Shown here: one piece after another, positions 51,725 to 64,000 of the stretch
Layout: every line of letters begins with the position of its first letter
Numbering within the stretch: position 1 is the first letter of the stretch
NCBI RefSeq assembly: GCF_044704955.1
Contig: NC_091999.1
Span: 44,702,001 to 44,766,000, forward strand
Length of the DNA stretch: 64,000 nucleotides
From: Pristiophorus japonicus
Taxonomy: Eukaryota
Reading direction: 5' to 3'
Position numbers and translations under genes: made by a program
The notes under the pieces: model-generated
The model's input: only the letters and a program-made list of their open reading frames with translations
Database searches by the model: none
Told to the model about the DNA's origin: nothing

Positions 51725-53750
51725 ATCAATGACCAGAACACGGTTGAATTTCAAATTCAGTTGGAGAGTGCGAGAGTTGGTTCTCAAACCACTGTACAAA
51801 CCTTAAAAAAAGGAGGCTACAAAGGTCTGAGGGCAGTAATTGCTAATGCGGACTGTGAAAATAGATAAAAGTATGGGACGGTTGATGAGCAGTGGCAGAC
51901 ATTTAAGTAGATATTTCATAATTCGCAACAAATAGATATCCCAATGAGAAGGTAAGACTGCAAGAGAGGAGATAACCATCCGTTGCTAACTAAGGAAATA
52001 AGGGATGGGACCAAATTGGAAACAAAGGCATACAGTCTGGCCAAGACTAGTGGGAGGCCAGAGGATTGGGAAACTTTTAAAAGCCAGCAAAGAACAACTT
52101 AACAAATGATAAAGTGAGGGAAGATAGGTTATGAAAGTAAACTAGCGCAAAATAGAAAAACAGATAGTAAAAGTTTATACAGGTACATTACAAGCAAAAG
52201 TGAGGTTAACGTAAATGTTGGTCATCAAACGGATGAGACTGGGGAATTAATAATGGAGAACAGGGAAATGACAGAGACTTTGAACAAATATCTTGTATCG
52301 GTTTTCATGGTTGCAGACACTGCACACATCCAAATTGTGGAAAATCAAGGGGCTATATGGAGGGAGGAATTTATTACAATCTCTATCATTAATGAAGTCA
52401 TACTCGGTAAAATAATGGGACTAAAGGCGGACAAGTCCCCAGGGCCTGATGGGTTACACACCATGGTCCTAAAAGAAGTGGCTGCAGAGATAGTGGCTGC
52501 ATTGGTTGTAATCTACTAAAATTTCTTAATTCTGCGGCGGTCCCAGCGGAATGGAAAACGGCAAATGTAGTGCCCCTATTTAAAAAAAAAATAGGCAGAC
52601 AAAAAGCAAGAAACTATAGACCAGTGAGCGGAACATCTGTCATTGAGACAATGGTGGAATCCGTTAAGGAAGCAGTAGCGGGAAATTTGGAAAAGCAAAA
52701 TTCAATCAAGCAGAGTCAGCGTAGTTTCATGAACGGGACGACATGATTGAAAAATTTGCTGGAGATCTTTGAGGATGAAACGAGCAGGGTGGATTAGGGG
52801 GATCCAGTGGATGGGGTGTATTTGGATTTCCAGAAGTCTTCGATATGGTGCCACATAAAAGATTACTGTACAAGATAAAAGTTCTCGGGGTTGAGGGCAA
52901 TATATTGGCATGGATAGATGATTGGCTCACTAACTGATCGGAGGGTCGGGATAAATGGGTCAATTTCCGGTTGGCAAACACTATCTCGTGGTGTGCCACA
53001 GGCATCGGTGGTGGAACCTCAACTATTTACAATCGATAGTAATGAATTGGATGAAGGGACCTAATGTAATGTAGCCAAGCTTTGAGACGATAAAAAGAAG
53101 GGTGGGAAAGAAAATTGTGAGGAGGGCACCAATAATCTGTAAAGGGATATGGATAGACTAAGTGAGTGGGCAATAATCTGCAGGATATTGGTGAAGCCAC
53201 ATCTAGAGTACTGCATCCAGTATTGGTCTCTGTATTTAAGGAAGGATGTACATGCATTGGAGGCTTTCCAGCGAAGGTTGATTCGGGAGATGAGGGTGTT
53301 GAATTATGAAGATAGTTTGAGTAGGTTGGGCCGATACACATTGGAGTTCAGAAGAATGAGAGGTGATCTTATTGCAAATTATAAGATAATGAGCGTACTC
53401 GACAACGTGAAGGCAGAGAGGATACTTCCACTTATAGAGGAAAATAAAACTAGGGGACATAGTCTCAGAAAAACAAGCTGCGCATTTAAAACTGAGCTAA
53501 CGGGGAATTTCTTCGCTCAGAGGGTTGTAAATCTATGGAATTCTCAGCCCCAGAGAGTTGTGCAGGCTAGGCTATTGAATATATTTAAGGCGGAGATCGA
53601 AAGTTCTTTGAGTGATAAGAGAATAAAGGGTTATGGGGATCGGGCAGCGAAGTGGAGCTGAGTCCATGATCAGATCAGCCATGATCTTATTAAATGATGA
53701 GCAGGTTCGAGGGGCCAGTGGCCTAATCCTGTTCCTATTTCTTATGTTCT
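51725..53750 (+). mobile_element. Decayed CR1 ORF2 with internal deletion
   Basis: Paralog of 28690-30375; KADKSPGPDG. Confidence 0.88.
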
Positions 53751-54010
53751 TTTGTTTACATTACACTCGGCACTGTTTCTCTGAAATTGCACTAGACACT
53801 GTCTCTGTTTATATTACACGAGACCCAGTCTCTCTTAAATTACACTAGACCCTGCCTCTGTTTATATTACACTAGACCCTGTCGCTGTTTAAATTACACT
53901 AGACCCTGTCTCTGTTTATATTACACTAGACCCTGCCTCACTTTATATCACACTAGACCCTGTGTCTCTTTCCGATATGCTAGACTCTGCCTCCCTTTGT
54001 TACACTAGGC
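53750..54010 (+). repeat. 27-bp minisatellite array
   Basis: Tandem 27-bp units. Confidence 0.85.
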
Positions 54011-55244
54011 GTTTTATGTTAGTCTGGGCCATGTATCCGTTGATTTCACAAGACAATGTCTGTTTGTGTCAACCGAGGCTCAGGTTGTCTCATTTTCTCC
54101 TCGGTCCCAGATAGTTTTGGGATGAACTCCCTCTCCAAGGATTATATCGCTATATATTGTACAACAGACCCTGTTGTAAGTTATTTCTGCCATGCGTCTG
54201 TTAGAGAGACAGAATATATATAGACGGTAGATAGATAGTAATATAAATAAGATATTTATGTGTGTGGGTAGGAGGATGCAATACTTTTTTTTGGTTGGAA
54301 CACACGTTTAATTTCGTTAATAGCTATCAAGAGTTGTGTGTAATGGCGTATTGATCTGGTATTGTGTCGGTAATACTTGTGTTGAGAGGATGGGGTGAAT
54401 CTTGTAATAATCTCCGAGATAGACTGGTATTGAGGGACCAGAATGAAGGTGAGCAATAATGCATTTTACACTACTTAGTAGCAAACTCTGTGTGTTAAAG
54501 GTTACAAATTCACACTTGTGTTGCCCTGTGCCAATTGCTCTGTTATTTAATGTTAAGGGTTGTTGTTTCTATTGAGCTTTCACTTGACCCACTGATTGTG
54601 TCAGAGCGAGCCTGGAACCGTGATCTCACAGCACCGCCGGATGGGCGGCCGCAGGGTCCCAATATCCACCGGAGTTCATTCTCTCATCTGGTTAAGACGA
54701 TCAACAGAAAAGAGAACACACAGTGTTTTCTATATGTGTATGTATGTGTGTATGTGTGTACGTGTGTGTGTATGTGTTTATGTGCATGTTTGTATGTGTG
54801 TGTACAAATTAGAATGTGTGCAAGTACATTCCACAAAGAAAAATGATTAGCTTTTCAGCATTTTATTTTATTCAACAGCTAATTGCCGATCCCTTAATAC
54901 TGTTAACATTTATTGATAACACATTGTCTTGCACGCTCTACTTTAGAAACTGATGTCACACTGACCATTCTGTTATCATGGTGACCATGTCTGGCCACAG
55001 TATTCACTGGGAAAAGGAATTAAATTACACCGAAGATAATGAGTGCCAGCCACCAGTCTCTGCGCTTTATTGTCCAGCAATCATCTCAGCATCACACAGA
55101 ATCTCCTGATATACACCTCAAGTTTATGATGATTGGTGCAAGTGAAGGTTAACATGAAACTGCAACTATACCTGGCATGAGGTTACTAAATCTGTAATTA
55201 CCTCACTTATTTCTCTCATTACTGCACTAGACCCAGGCTCAGTT

Positions 55245-56412
55245 TATATCGTTGATGTGGTGGACTTACAAAAGGTGTTTGATAAAGTGCCTTGATAATA
55301 TCCGTGCCAGCAAAGTTGAAATCCATAGAATAAAAGGGTGAGTGGCAGTCTGGATATGAAATTGACTGAGTGATAGGAATCAGAGAGTAGTGGGTTTTTT
55401 GGACTGGACGAAGGTATACAGTGGTGTTCTGCAGCAGTTGGTATGAGGAATACTACTTTTCTTGATTTATATTCATGACTTCGATTGTGTAAGGGCATAA
55501 TTTCAATATTTGCAGATGACTCAAAGCTTGGAAGTATAGTGAACAGTGAGGAGAGTTATTATAGACTTTAAAAGGACATAGTTTTGCTGCTAGAATAGAC
55601 GAATACATGGAAAAAGAAACACAGAAAAGTGTGAGGTGATACATTTCGGTAGGAGGAACGAGGAGAGCCAAAATGAACCAAAGGGTACAATTCTAAAGGG
55701 TGTGCTGAACACAGAGACCTCAGGATATATGTGCATAAATCATTGAATGTGGCAGGGCAGATTGAGAAAGTGGTTTAAAAAGCAGATGGGATCATGGGCT
55801 TCATAAATACAGACATAGAATACAAAAGCAAGGAACTTATGATGAATAAGTATAAAACACTGATTCGGCCTTAACTGGAGTATTGTGTCCAATTCTGGGC
55901 ACCGCACTTTAGGAAGGATGTGAATCCTTGGAGAGGGTGTAGAAAAGATTTACGTGTGGTTCCAGTGATAAGGTACTTCGGTTATGCGGTCTAGTCTGGA
56001 GAAGCTGGGGTTGTTCTCATTAGAGCAAAGAAGTTTGAGATGAGATTTGATCGAGGTGTTCAGAATCAAGGGGTCCAGACAGAGTAGCTGGAGAGAAACC
56101 TTTCCCATTGGCAGAAGGGTCGAGAACAGAGGACACAGATTTAATGTGATTGGCACAATCTAAGGCGACATGAGGAAAACGTTTGTATGCAGCGAGTGGT
56201 TATGATCTGAAATGCAATGCCTGAAAGGGAGGTGGGGGAGATTAAACCATGGCATTCCAAATGGAATTGGATAAGTACTTGAATGAAGAAAATTCACTGG
56301 GCTATGGGAAAGGGCGGAGGACTGGACTAATTGAAATACTCCTGCAGAGAGCGACACGGGCTATATGGGCCAAATGGCCCTCTTCTGTGCTGTAACCATT
56401 CAATGATTCTAT
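55245..56412 (+). mobile_element. Old CR1 RT-3' fragment
   Basis: Paralog of 33450-34595. Confidence 0.85.
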
Positions 56413-58359
56413 AATACACCAGAGCCTGTCTCAGTTATAACTACACAAGACACTGTTCCAGTTTATATAACCATACACTCCATGTTAAATATTCAGTCCC
56501 TCAACCACCGGTGCACCATGTCTGCAGTGATTACTATCCACAAGATGCATTGCAGTAACTCGCCAAGACATCTTCGGCAGAACTTTCCAAATCTACAACC
56601 TCTTCCACCTAGAAGGACAAGGGCAGCAGGCTCATGAGAACACCGTCATCTCCACATAGCCCTCCAAATCACACAGCATTCTAGTTTTGAAATGTATTAT
56701 CTTTCCTTCATAGACACTGGGCCAAGTTCTTCAACACCCTCCCTAACACTGTGAGTACCTTCTTCACACGGTCTGCAGCGGTTGAAGGTGGCAGCTTACC
56801 AACTGCTTCTCAAGGCCAATAGGGAAAGACAACAATATTGGACTTGCCAGCGACACATACACCCACATGTCAGGAACCAATAAACAATGTCCCTGTATCA
56901 GTCGTTAAATGCTAGTCACTACCTCCGTTCGTACTGCACTTGAACTATTAATATTGTACTCGGCTCTGTCTCAGATATTAATGGAATATGCCATGCTTTT
57001 GTTCCTATTACAAAAGACCCTGTCTCTGTTTATATTAAACTAGACAAGTACATTGCTTATGTTACAGTAGCCCCATCCTTTCACATTGCTGCATTAAACC
57101 ATGTTTCTTTTTATATTAGACTAGACCCCATCACCGTTATTACTGCACGAGACCATGTCTCTCTTTATATAACACTACACGCTATGTCAGTTATTACTGC
57201 TCTAGACCCTATAACTCCCAGGGCAGGTACAGCATGTGTCAGATACAGAGTAAAGCTCCCATTATACTCTCCCATCACACATTCACAAAACAGTAACAGC
57301 ACGGGTTAGATACAGTGTGATGCTCCCTCTAAACTGTCACATCACACACTGCCAGGACAGGTATAGTACGGTTTAGGTGAAAAATAATGCTCCCTCGACA
57401 ACATCCCATCAAAAAACACCCAGGGCAGGTAAAGCATGCGTTAGATACAAGAGTAAAGATCCCTCTAAACTGTCCCATCAAAAACTCCAATGTCACTTAA
57501 TGCATAGGTCACATTTTGGACTAAAACTCCCTCTGTGCACTCCAATCAATTTGGTCCGAGGCATATCCTTATGGTTGAGGGAAACCTTGTGTTACATGTT
57601 GACATCTAGTTGTGGGGAAATGTCAATGACCTATTCTTGAGCGATAGGAGGAAAATGGAAAATTGAGAGGCAGATGATAGACAAATCTTCACTATCACCT
57701 TTGTGATGTTGCTGTACATGCTGAGGAGAAGCAATCGTTCCCCATTGTGTCGGTGGGTATCATCTTCACTTTACTCTCTTATAATGTAGAGAAATGTACC
57801 AAAAAACAATTGTTGCTGGAATCTGTTGAGAGATTTGCATTTCTCACTGTCTTTATTTCTGTGCTTTGTTGGTGGGGAAACTTTTATTGTGTCTCTGTCG
57901 CTCAATGCTCTAATCTGGGACTTCTATTTCTGTGTTTATTTACATAAACGGCTCACTGCTGGTCATGAAGTGCCCATGGCAGCAAAATCAGATCAACATA
58001 GTCACTTATTGATTCGACTCAACTCACAGCAATGAATTATTTTAAGAATATTAACAGAAGTAGAAATATGTCGAACAGTGACGTTAGCTTCAGTTTTGTT
58101 CAATTGCAACAGATGTGATTTATATCAAAGTGAATAAATATTGCAATGAATAATTCAGTTATGAAATGTCTGCTGCTAAAATCAGTGGAACATCTCTGAA
58201 CAGGCTGTTATTCCACTGCATTTCCATTTAATGGAATAATTAAATAACTGAAACTAAACAATTTAAACCAGTGACCAGAGGAGTGCCGAAAATCACAGGA
58301 TTATCTGAGCATTTCACATATCACAACTTCTATTTTGAAATGTTGATATTTAGAAACAC

Positions 58360-58790
58360 TTTGCATTTATATAGCGCCTTTCATAATCTCATGATGTCCC
58401 AAAATGATTTACAGACAATGAATTACTTTGGAAGTGTGGTCACTGTTATGTACGAAACATTGCAGCCAATTGGTGCACAGCAAGATCCAGCAAACAGCAA
58501 TGAAATAATGATCAGATCATCTATTTTTCAGATATTGGTTAAGGGATAAATATTTGCGCTGTAAACCCTGGAGAACTCCTCTACACTTCAATATAGTGCT
58601 ACGCGTCCTTTAAATCCACCTGTGTGGGAAGACGGGGACTCAGTTTAATGTCTGCACCAAAAGACATTGCAGCACTCCCTCAGTACTGGCACCAGACGTG
58701 TCAGCATAGATTATTTGCTCAGGTCTCTGGAGTGGGGTTTAGTATCTGACCTTCTGAAGCAGAGGCGAGAGTGATCCCACTGAGCCGAGG
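58360..58790 (-). mobile_element. Deu-domain SINE
   Basis: Paralog of 11205-11660. Confidence 0.75.
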
Positions 58791-60129
58791 CTTGAACATT
58801 TTACAGCATGTATTTTAAAATGTTGCCATTCAGCTCATCGTGTCTGAAGTTCAGGGCCTGAGCCCAGTCTTACTCCGGTCTGTTTATTATCAGGGGCGAG
58901 TTCTCCAATCTTGCCTGGGATGTCATTTCCACACTGGTATTTCCACTGGGTCCATGTAAAAGTGTCAGCGATTCCGCAAGGAACAGCTGGAAGTGCCTGA
59001 AGCACAAGGACTCACGGCTTACACTAGTTTTGCACTGTGTCAGATGCACTATCAAAGCAGCTGGAAGCTGGGACTGTTCTGCTTAGAGCCGAGCAGGTTA
59101 TGGGCCACTTAATAGAGGTGCTCAAAATCATTAAGAATTGTATTCGGGTAAATTGACATATATTCCATCACTCCGTCCCTCCAGTCCTCCCATGCTCCAC
59201 CCGTCTCTACTCCACTCCCTCCCTTTATCGCTTCCTTCCTCCATCCCTTCCACCCTCCACCGGTCTCTCCTTCCCTCCCTCCATCAATCTCTCCCTCCCT
59301 GCACCCATCCCTCCCTCCCTCCATCTATTCCTACCCATCCATCACGCCACCCCTCCCTTGCTCCACTTCTCCCTCCCTCCATCACTCCCTCAGCCCAACC
59401 GATTTTCTTTTCCTTTCCAGTTTTTCTGCTCCCATCGATGAGTATTCCTCAGATGGAATTTTCTGCACCCAAGTCCTTCACCGAGCTGTAATATATATTA
59501 ACAAATAAGAGAGAGAGCGATGGCTAATATATATATTTAATACCACCCCCCCCAAAAAAAATACCTGACAAGAAATAAAATGGCAACCTTTCCGGAGAGG
59601 GAGTTGGCTGGGTAACTGGCACTGGATAGAAATTCTAGACAGGGTAGTCAGGATATTTTTCCGTTATGTAAATAAAAAAATTAAAGATAATAATTTTAGA
59701 AATTGTTTTAAGACATCGTCGACTTCAGCCGCTCATTTTTCCTTCCCTTTCTCGCTGTTGAGGACGGGCCAGTGCCCGCCTGGAGCTCGCTGCCATTCTG
59801 TGTACCGGACGGTAGCATGCAAGCTCTCGCTATGCGGACAGATTTGGAGAAGCTGGGGCTCTTCTCCTTACAGCAGAGAAGTGTGAGGGGAGATTTACCA
59901 GATTGGTACCAGGGATGAATGACTATAAACACGAGTTCAGCCCCAGCTGGAGTATTGTGTCCAATTCTGGCCACCACACTTTAAGAAGGACGTGAAGACT
60001 TTCGAAAGCGTGCAGAAGAGATTTACTGGAAATGTATCAGGGATGGGGATTAAAATTATGTGGAGAGACTGGAGAATCTCGGGCTGCTCTACTTACAGCA
60101 CAGAAGGTTGAGAGGAGAATTAGTAAATT

Positions 60130-61505
60130 ATAAGAACATAAGAACATAAGAAAGAGGAGCAGGAGTAGGCCATACGGTCCCTTGAGCCTGTTGCGCTGTT
60201 CAATAAGATCATGGCTGTTCTGATCATGGATTCAGGTCCACTATCGCGCCTGCTCCCCATTAACCAATATCCCCTTATCATTTAAGAAACTGTTTATTTC
60301 TGTCTTAAATGTGTTCAACGTCCCAGTTTCCACAGCTCTCTGAGCAGGTAATACCACAGATTTACCACCCTCAGAGGAAATTTCTCCTCATCTCAATTTT
60401 TCATGGGCGACCCCAATTCCAAGATCATGCCCTCTAGTTCCAATCTCCGCCATCAAAGGAAACATCCTCTTTGCATGCACCTTGACAAGCCCCCTCATAA
60501 TCTGATACATTTCGATAAGATCACCTCTCATTTTTCTGAATTCCAATGAGTAGCGGGCCAACCGACTCAACCTTTCCTCATAAGTCAACCTCCTTATCCC
60601 CAGAATCAACAGAGTGAACCTGCTCTGAATTGCCTCCAAAGCAAGTTTATCCTTTTGTAAATATGGAAGCCAATACTGCACGCAGTATTCCAGGTGTGGC
60701 CTCACCAATACCGTATATAGCTCTAGCAAGACTTCCCGCTTTTATACTCCATCCCCTTTGCAATAAAAGCCAAGATACCATTGGCCATCCTGATCACTTG
60801 CTATACCTGCATACGATCCTTTTGTGTTTCATGCACAGTATCCCCACGTCCCGCTGTACGGAGGCACGTTGCAATCTTTCTCCATTTAAATAATAACTTG
60901 CTGTTTGATTTTTTTTCTGCAAAGTGCATGACCTCCCACATTCCAACATTATATCCATCTGCCAAATTTTTCCCATTCACTTAACCTGTCTATGTCCTTT
61001 AGCAGATAGTGTGTGTCCTCCTCACACATTGCTTTTCGTCCAATCTTTTTATCGTCAGCAAATAGGCTACGTTACACTCAGTCCCTTCTTCCAAGCCGTT
61101 AATGAAGATCGTAAATAGTTGGGGTCCCTGCACTGATCACTGCAGCATCCCATAGTTTCGCGTTGCAAACCAGAGAATGAACCATTTATCCCGACTCTCT
61201 GTTCTCTGTTAGTTAGCCAATCCTCTGTCCATGCTAATATATTACCCCCAACCCCGTGAACTTTTATGTTATACAGTAAACTTTTATGTGGCACCTTGTC
61301 AAATGCCTTCTGGAAGACTAAATACACCACACCCACTGATTCCCTTTTATCCACTCTGTTCGCTACATACTCAAAGACCTCCAGCAAATTTGTCAAACAT
61401 GACTTCACCTTCATAAATCCAAGCTGCCTCTGCTTGACCGAATTTTGCTTTTCCAAATGTCCTGCTACTGCTTTGTTTATAATGGAATCGAACATTTTTC
61501 CAAGC
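60130..61505 (-). mobile_element. Antisense 5'-truncated CR1 (uninterrupted paralog of 38430-39651 + 49385-49545)
   Basis: ORFs 60388-60729 and 61067-61507. Confidence 0.9.
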
Positions 61506-61636
61506 AAGATTATTACGAGGCATTAGGGACTTCAGTTAATGTGGAGGGAATGGAGAAGATGGGAATGTTCTACTTGAAGGAGAGAAGTTAAAGTGGAGAT
61601 TTGATCGACGTGTTTAAAATCATCAAGGGTTTAGAT

Positions 61637-64000
61637 CAGTCGTTCTCAACTGGTGTTCTGCGGCACATTGGTGTGCCGTGAACCCTTCACAGGTGTGCCG
61701 GCGAATTGTGTAAAAGTATGGTGGACTTTCGCTGATTTCTCAATGAAACACAAACCATTTCACTCTGAAACATAAGGGGAGGGGGAGAGAGAGAAACAGA
61801 CAGACACATATGTCATTTACCTATATGTATGACGCCACTGCTGTAGTAAACATTGCCACTATTGACAAATAACTATCTATTTATCTCTACTATTATCATA
61901 AAAACTATGTTCTAGAGTTGTACAAGTAATAATGACAAGAGATATCACACAAAAACAATTTAAATGTCCATACTCAGAACAAATTCCATTCGCAAAATAT
62001 GTTTCCTTTGAGTACTCGACATCACACACCCCACCCCACCACCCCATCTCTCTCATTCCCGTACTCCCTCCCATTACTGATAGAGAATTGCGAGTGCCTA
62101 CCATCGACTGAGACTGTGTGTGTGTGTGTGTGTGTATGTATAAGCGTGTGCTTGTGTGTGTATGTGCGTCTGTACCAAGGCCTACCCAGAGGGGCAGTTG
62201 GGCCATGGCCACGCCCAATCCAAAATAATAGTATTAAATTATTCATGTGCAAAGCTTAAAATGTCATTATTATATTGGATGAAAGAAATGAAAGAAAAGT
62301 CTAACACATATGCAGTAAAACGTGTAGTTTTTATAATAAAATGTCAAAACCTATTTAATTGCATTTAACCACATTCTTATTTATATTTTGATATTTTTGT
62401 TCATTGATGTGCAGCTTGATGTGTGGCCGGGACTGGCGGCATTTTTGACGCTTTGACCTGATATAGCGCCAATTAGCGGCTCCTTTGATGCAGGCCACAT
62501 CCAATTTGACCTGGTCTCGCCATCCTAGCGGTTACTTTGATTTCTGAGCGTTTGCTTTTAGCCTATTTTGACCACAGTCAAAATCAAAACTTCCTGTTCA
62601 ACTCTAGGTGCGTTTCTGTCTGGACTTCTGGAGTTTGGAAATTGGAAGACTCAGTTCGTATCTGTCTGAAGTTTGGATCATTCAGAAGAACAAAGTTTGT
62701 CTCCCCAATGGAAAAGTCATCATAATAAAACGTAAAAAAGAGCAAGGAGATATCAATGACAATGCCACTACAAGTAGCGCTAGTAGGCCTACAACCAACG
62801 CCAGTACAAGCGGCGCTGAACCGAATCCTAAAAAATCCAAAATTCATCGTCGATATATCGAGGATTATTTGAGGTTCGGTTTTTCATGGACAGGAAAAGA
62901 AGAATGCCCCATTCCATTGTGTGTTTGTGCGGCAAAAAACTGTCGAACAGTGCAATGGTTCCCAGCAAATTGAAACGTCATTTTACTATGAAACATGCAC
63001 ATCTTTCAAAAATAGATCAGAGTTATTTTAGGAGATTGATAGCGACGCAATCAAAACTAGTGATATATTTTGAAAAAATGTTAAGATGTCAGGTAAGGTT
63101 CAAATTGCTTCTTATGAAGTTGCTGAATTAATAGTGCAGAGAATGAAGTCTCATACTGTAGCTGAGTCACTTATTTTGCCTGCATGTCGTAAAATTGCCA
63201 AAATAATGCTTGGTGATGCAGCGGAACAAGAAATTGCAAAAATTCCGCTGTCTGACGATACAATTTGGAGAAGCATAAATGAAATATCACCTAACATTGA
63301 AGAACATGCAGCCAAGAAACTTACAAACTCGAATTTTGCTGTGCAACTCGACGTGTCCACCGACATTAGTGATAAATGTTAGCATTTGCTCGCTTCATTC
63401 ATGAAAACGAGATATTTAACCGATTTCTGTGCTGAATAGAACTTCCAGAAAATACTAGAGGTGAAGACATGTTTGATTCTGTGAATTCTTATTTAGAAGA
63501 CTTGAACATTTCATGGGACTCATGTGTTGGAATCTGCATGGACGGTGTTCAGTCTATGGTGGGATTTGTCAAAGGATTCATTACGCTTGCAAAAAAACAT
63601 AACCCAAATATATTATTCACCCAATGCTTTTTGCATAGAGAAGCACTTGTTACAAAGACATTACTGCTAGAATTAAAATCTGTGTTCGATCATGTTGTTA
63701 ATATCATAAATTATATGAAATCAAGACCTTTAAAAACTTGCATGTTTAAACAGCTCTGCAAAGTGATGGATACACAGCACGAATGTTTACTTTTGCATAG
63801 AGGTAAGATGGCTTTCAAGGGGAAAAGTCTTATGTCGTGTATTTGAACTTAAAGAATAATTGTCAGTATTTTTTGAAAAAGAAGAAAATGATACATTTTG
63901 CAAATACCTTAAGAGTGAAATGTGGTGTGCTAATTTGGCATATTTGGCAGCAACAGTTAATTATCCAAACAGCGTTAATACAAGTATGCAAGGGCGAAAT
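61637..64000 (+). mobile_element. Buster/Charlie-type hAT transposon, left end, with frameshifted BED-finger transposase (~62708 to window end)
   Basis: GTTTAGAT (61629-61636) then TIR CAGTCGTTCTCAAC; RRY.EDYL.FGF, C..C.K.LSN..M.PSKLKRH...H, IPLSDDTI, FAVQLDVSTD. Confidence 0.93.

Larger units (their letters stand above)
54480..59829 (-). pseudogene. Copy 4 of the multi-exon FIIND-like pseudogene
   Basis: Putative exons: ~59829-59715, ~59661-59588, 59485-59412, 58986-58874 (open, AG/GTAAG: VPCGIADTFTWTQWKYQCGNDIPGKIGELAPDNKQTG), 58329-57957 (KL*YVKCSDNPVIFGTPLVTGLNCLVS...MQWNNSLFRDVPLILAA), ~57778-57480, ~55171-54965, last exon from ~54704. Confidence 0.55.

Noticed and set aside
58874-58986. 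Alternative frame HGPSGNTSVEM resembling CARD8 GPEGNVDVEL
   Set aside because: That frame has a TAA in the other three copies, and synonymous changes favour the PGKIRELAP frame.
62708-64000. Domesticated ZBED5/SCAND3-like gene
   Set aside because: Multiple frameshifts and stops, with TIR and TSD retained: a dead transposon.

Overview
Vertebrate genomic DNA, almost certainly from a cartilaginous fish (shark-type IgM VH, shark-type CR1 LINEs and Deu-domain SINEs). The first ~2.8 kb (- strand) is the 5' part of an IgH cluster: decamer promoter, leader exon, a frameshifted VH exon with an intact 23-bp-spacer RSS, and ~400 bp downstream a 12-bp-spacer RSS sitting directly on a J-containing segment, i.e. 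an apparently pre-joined V–D(D)J configuration. An AT-rich J-C intron follows; C exons lie outside the window. From ~8.7 kb to the end the window is a tandem segmental duplication of four units (about 8.7-12, 22-32, 32-54 and 54-64+ kb). Each unit carries decayed - strand exons whose translations resemble, by eye, the FIIND (ZU5+UPA) domain of NLRP1/CARD8, with no recognisable CARD. The units are filled with CR1 fragments, Deu-SINEs, 27-bp and 67-bp minisatellites and a Buster/Charlie-type hAT transposon. Unit 3 holds three nested CR1s: an intact full-length element (ORF1 315 aa, ORF2 968 aa, 90-bp 5' monomers, inverted 5' end) inside a decayed full-length relative with 70-bp monomers, inside an older antisense CR1. 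All protein-family comparisons are by eye from remembered consensus sequences; no searches were run.
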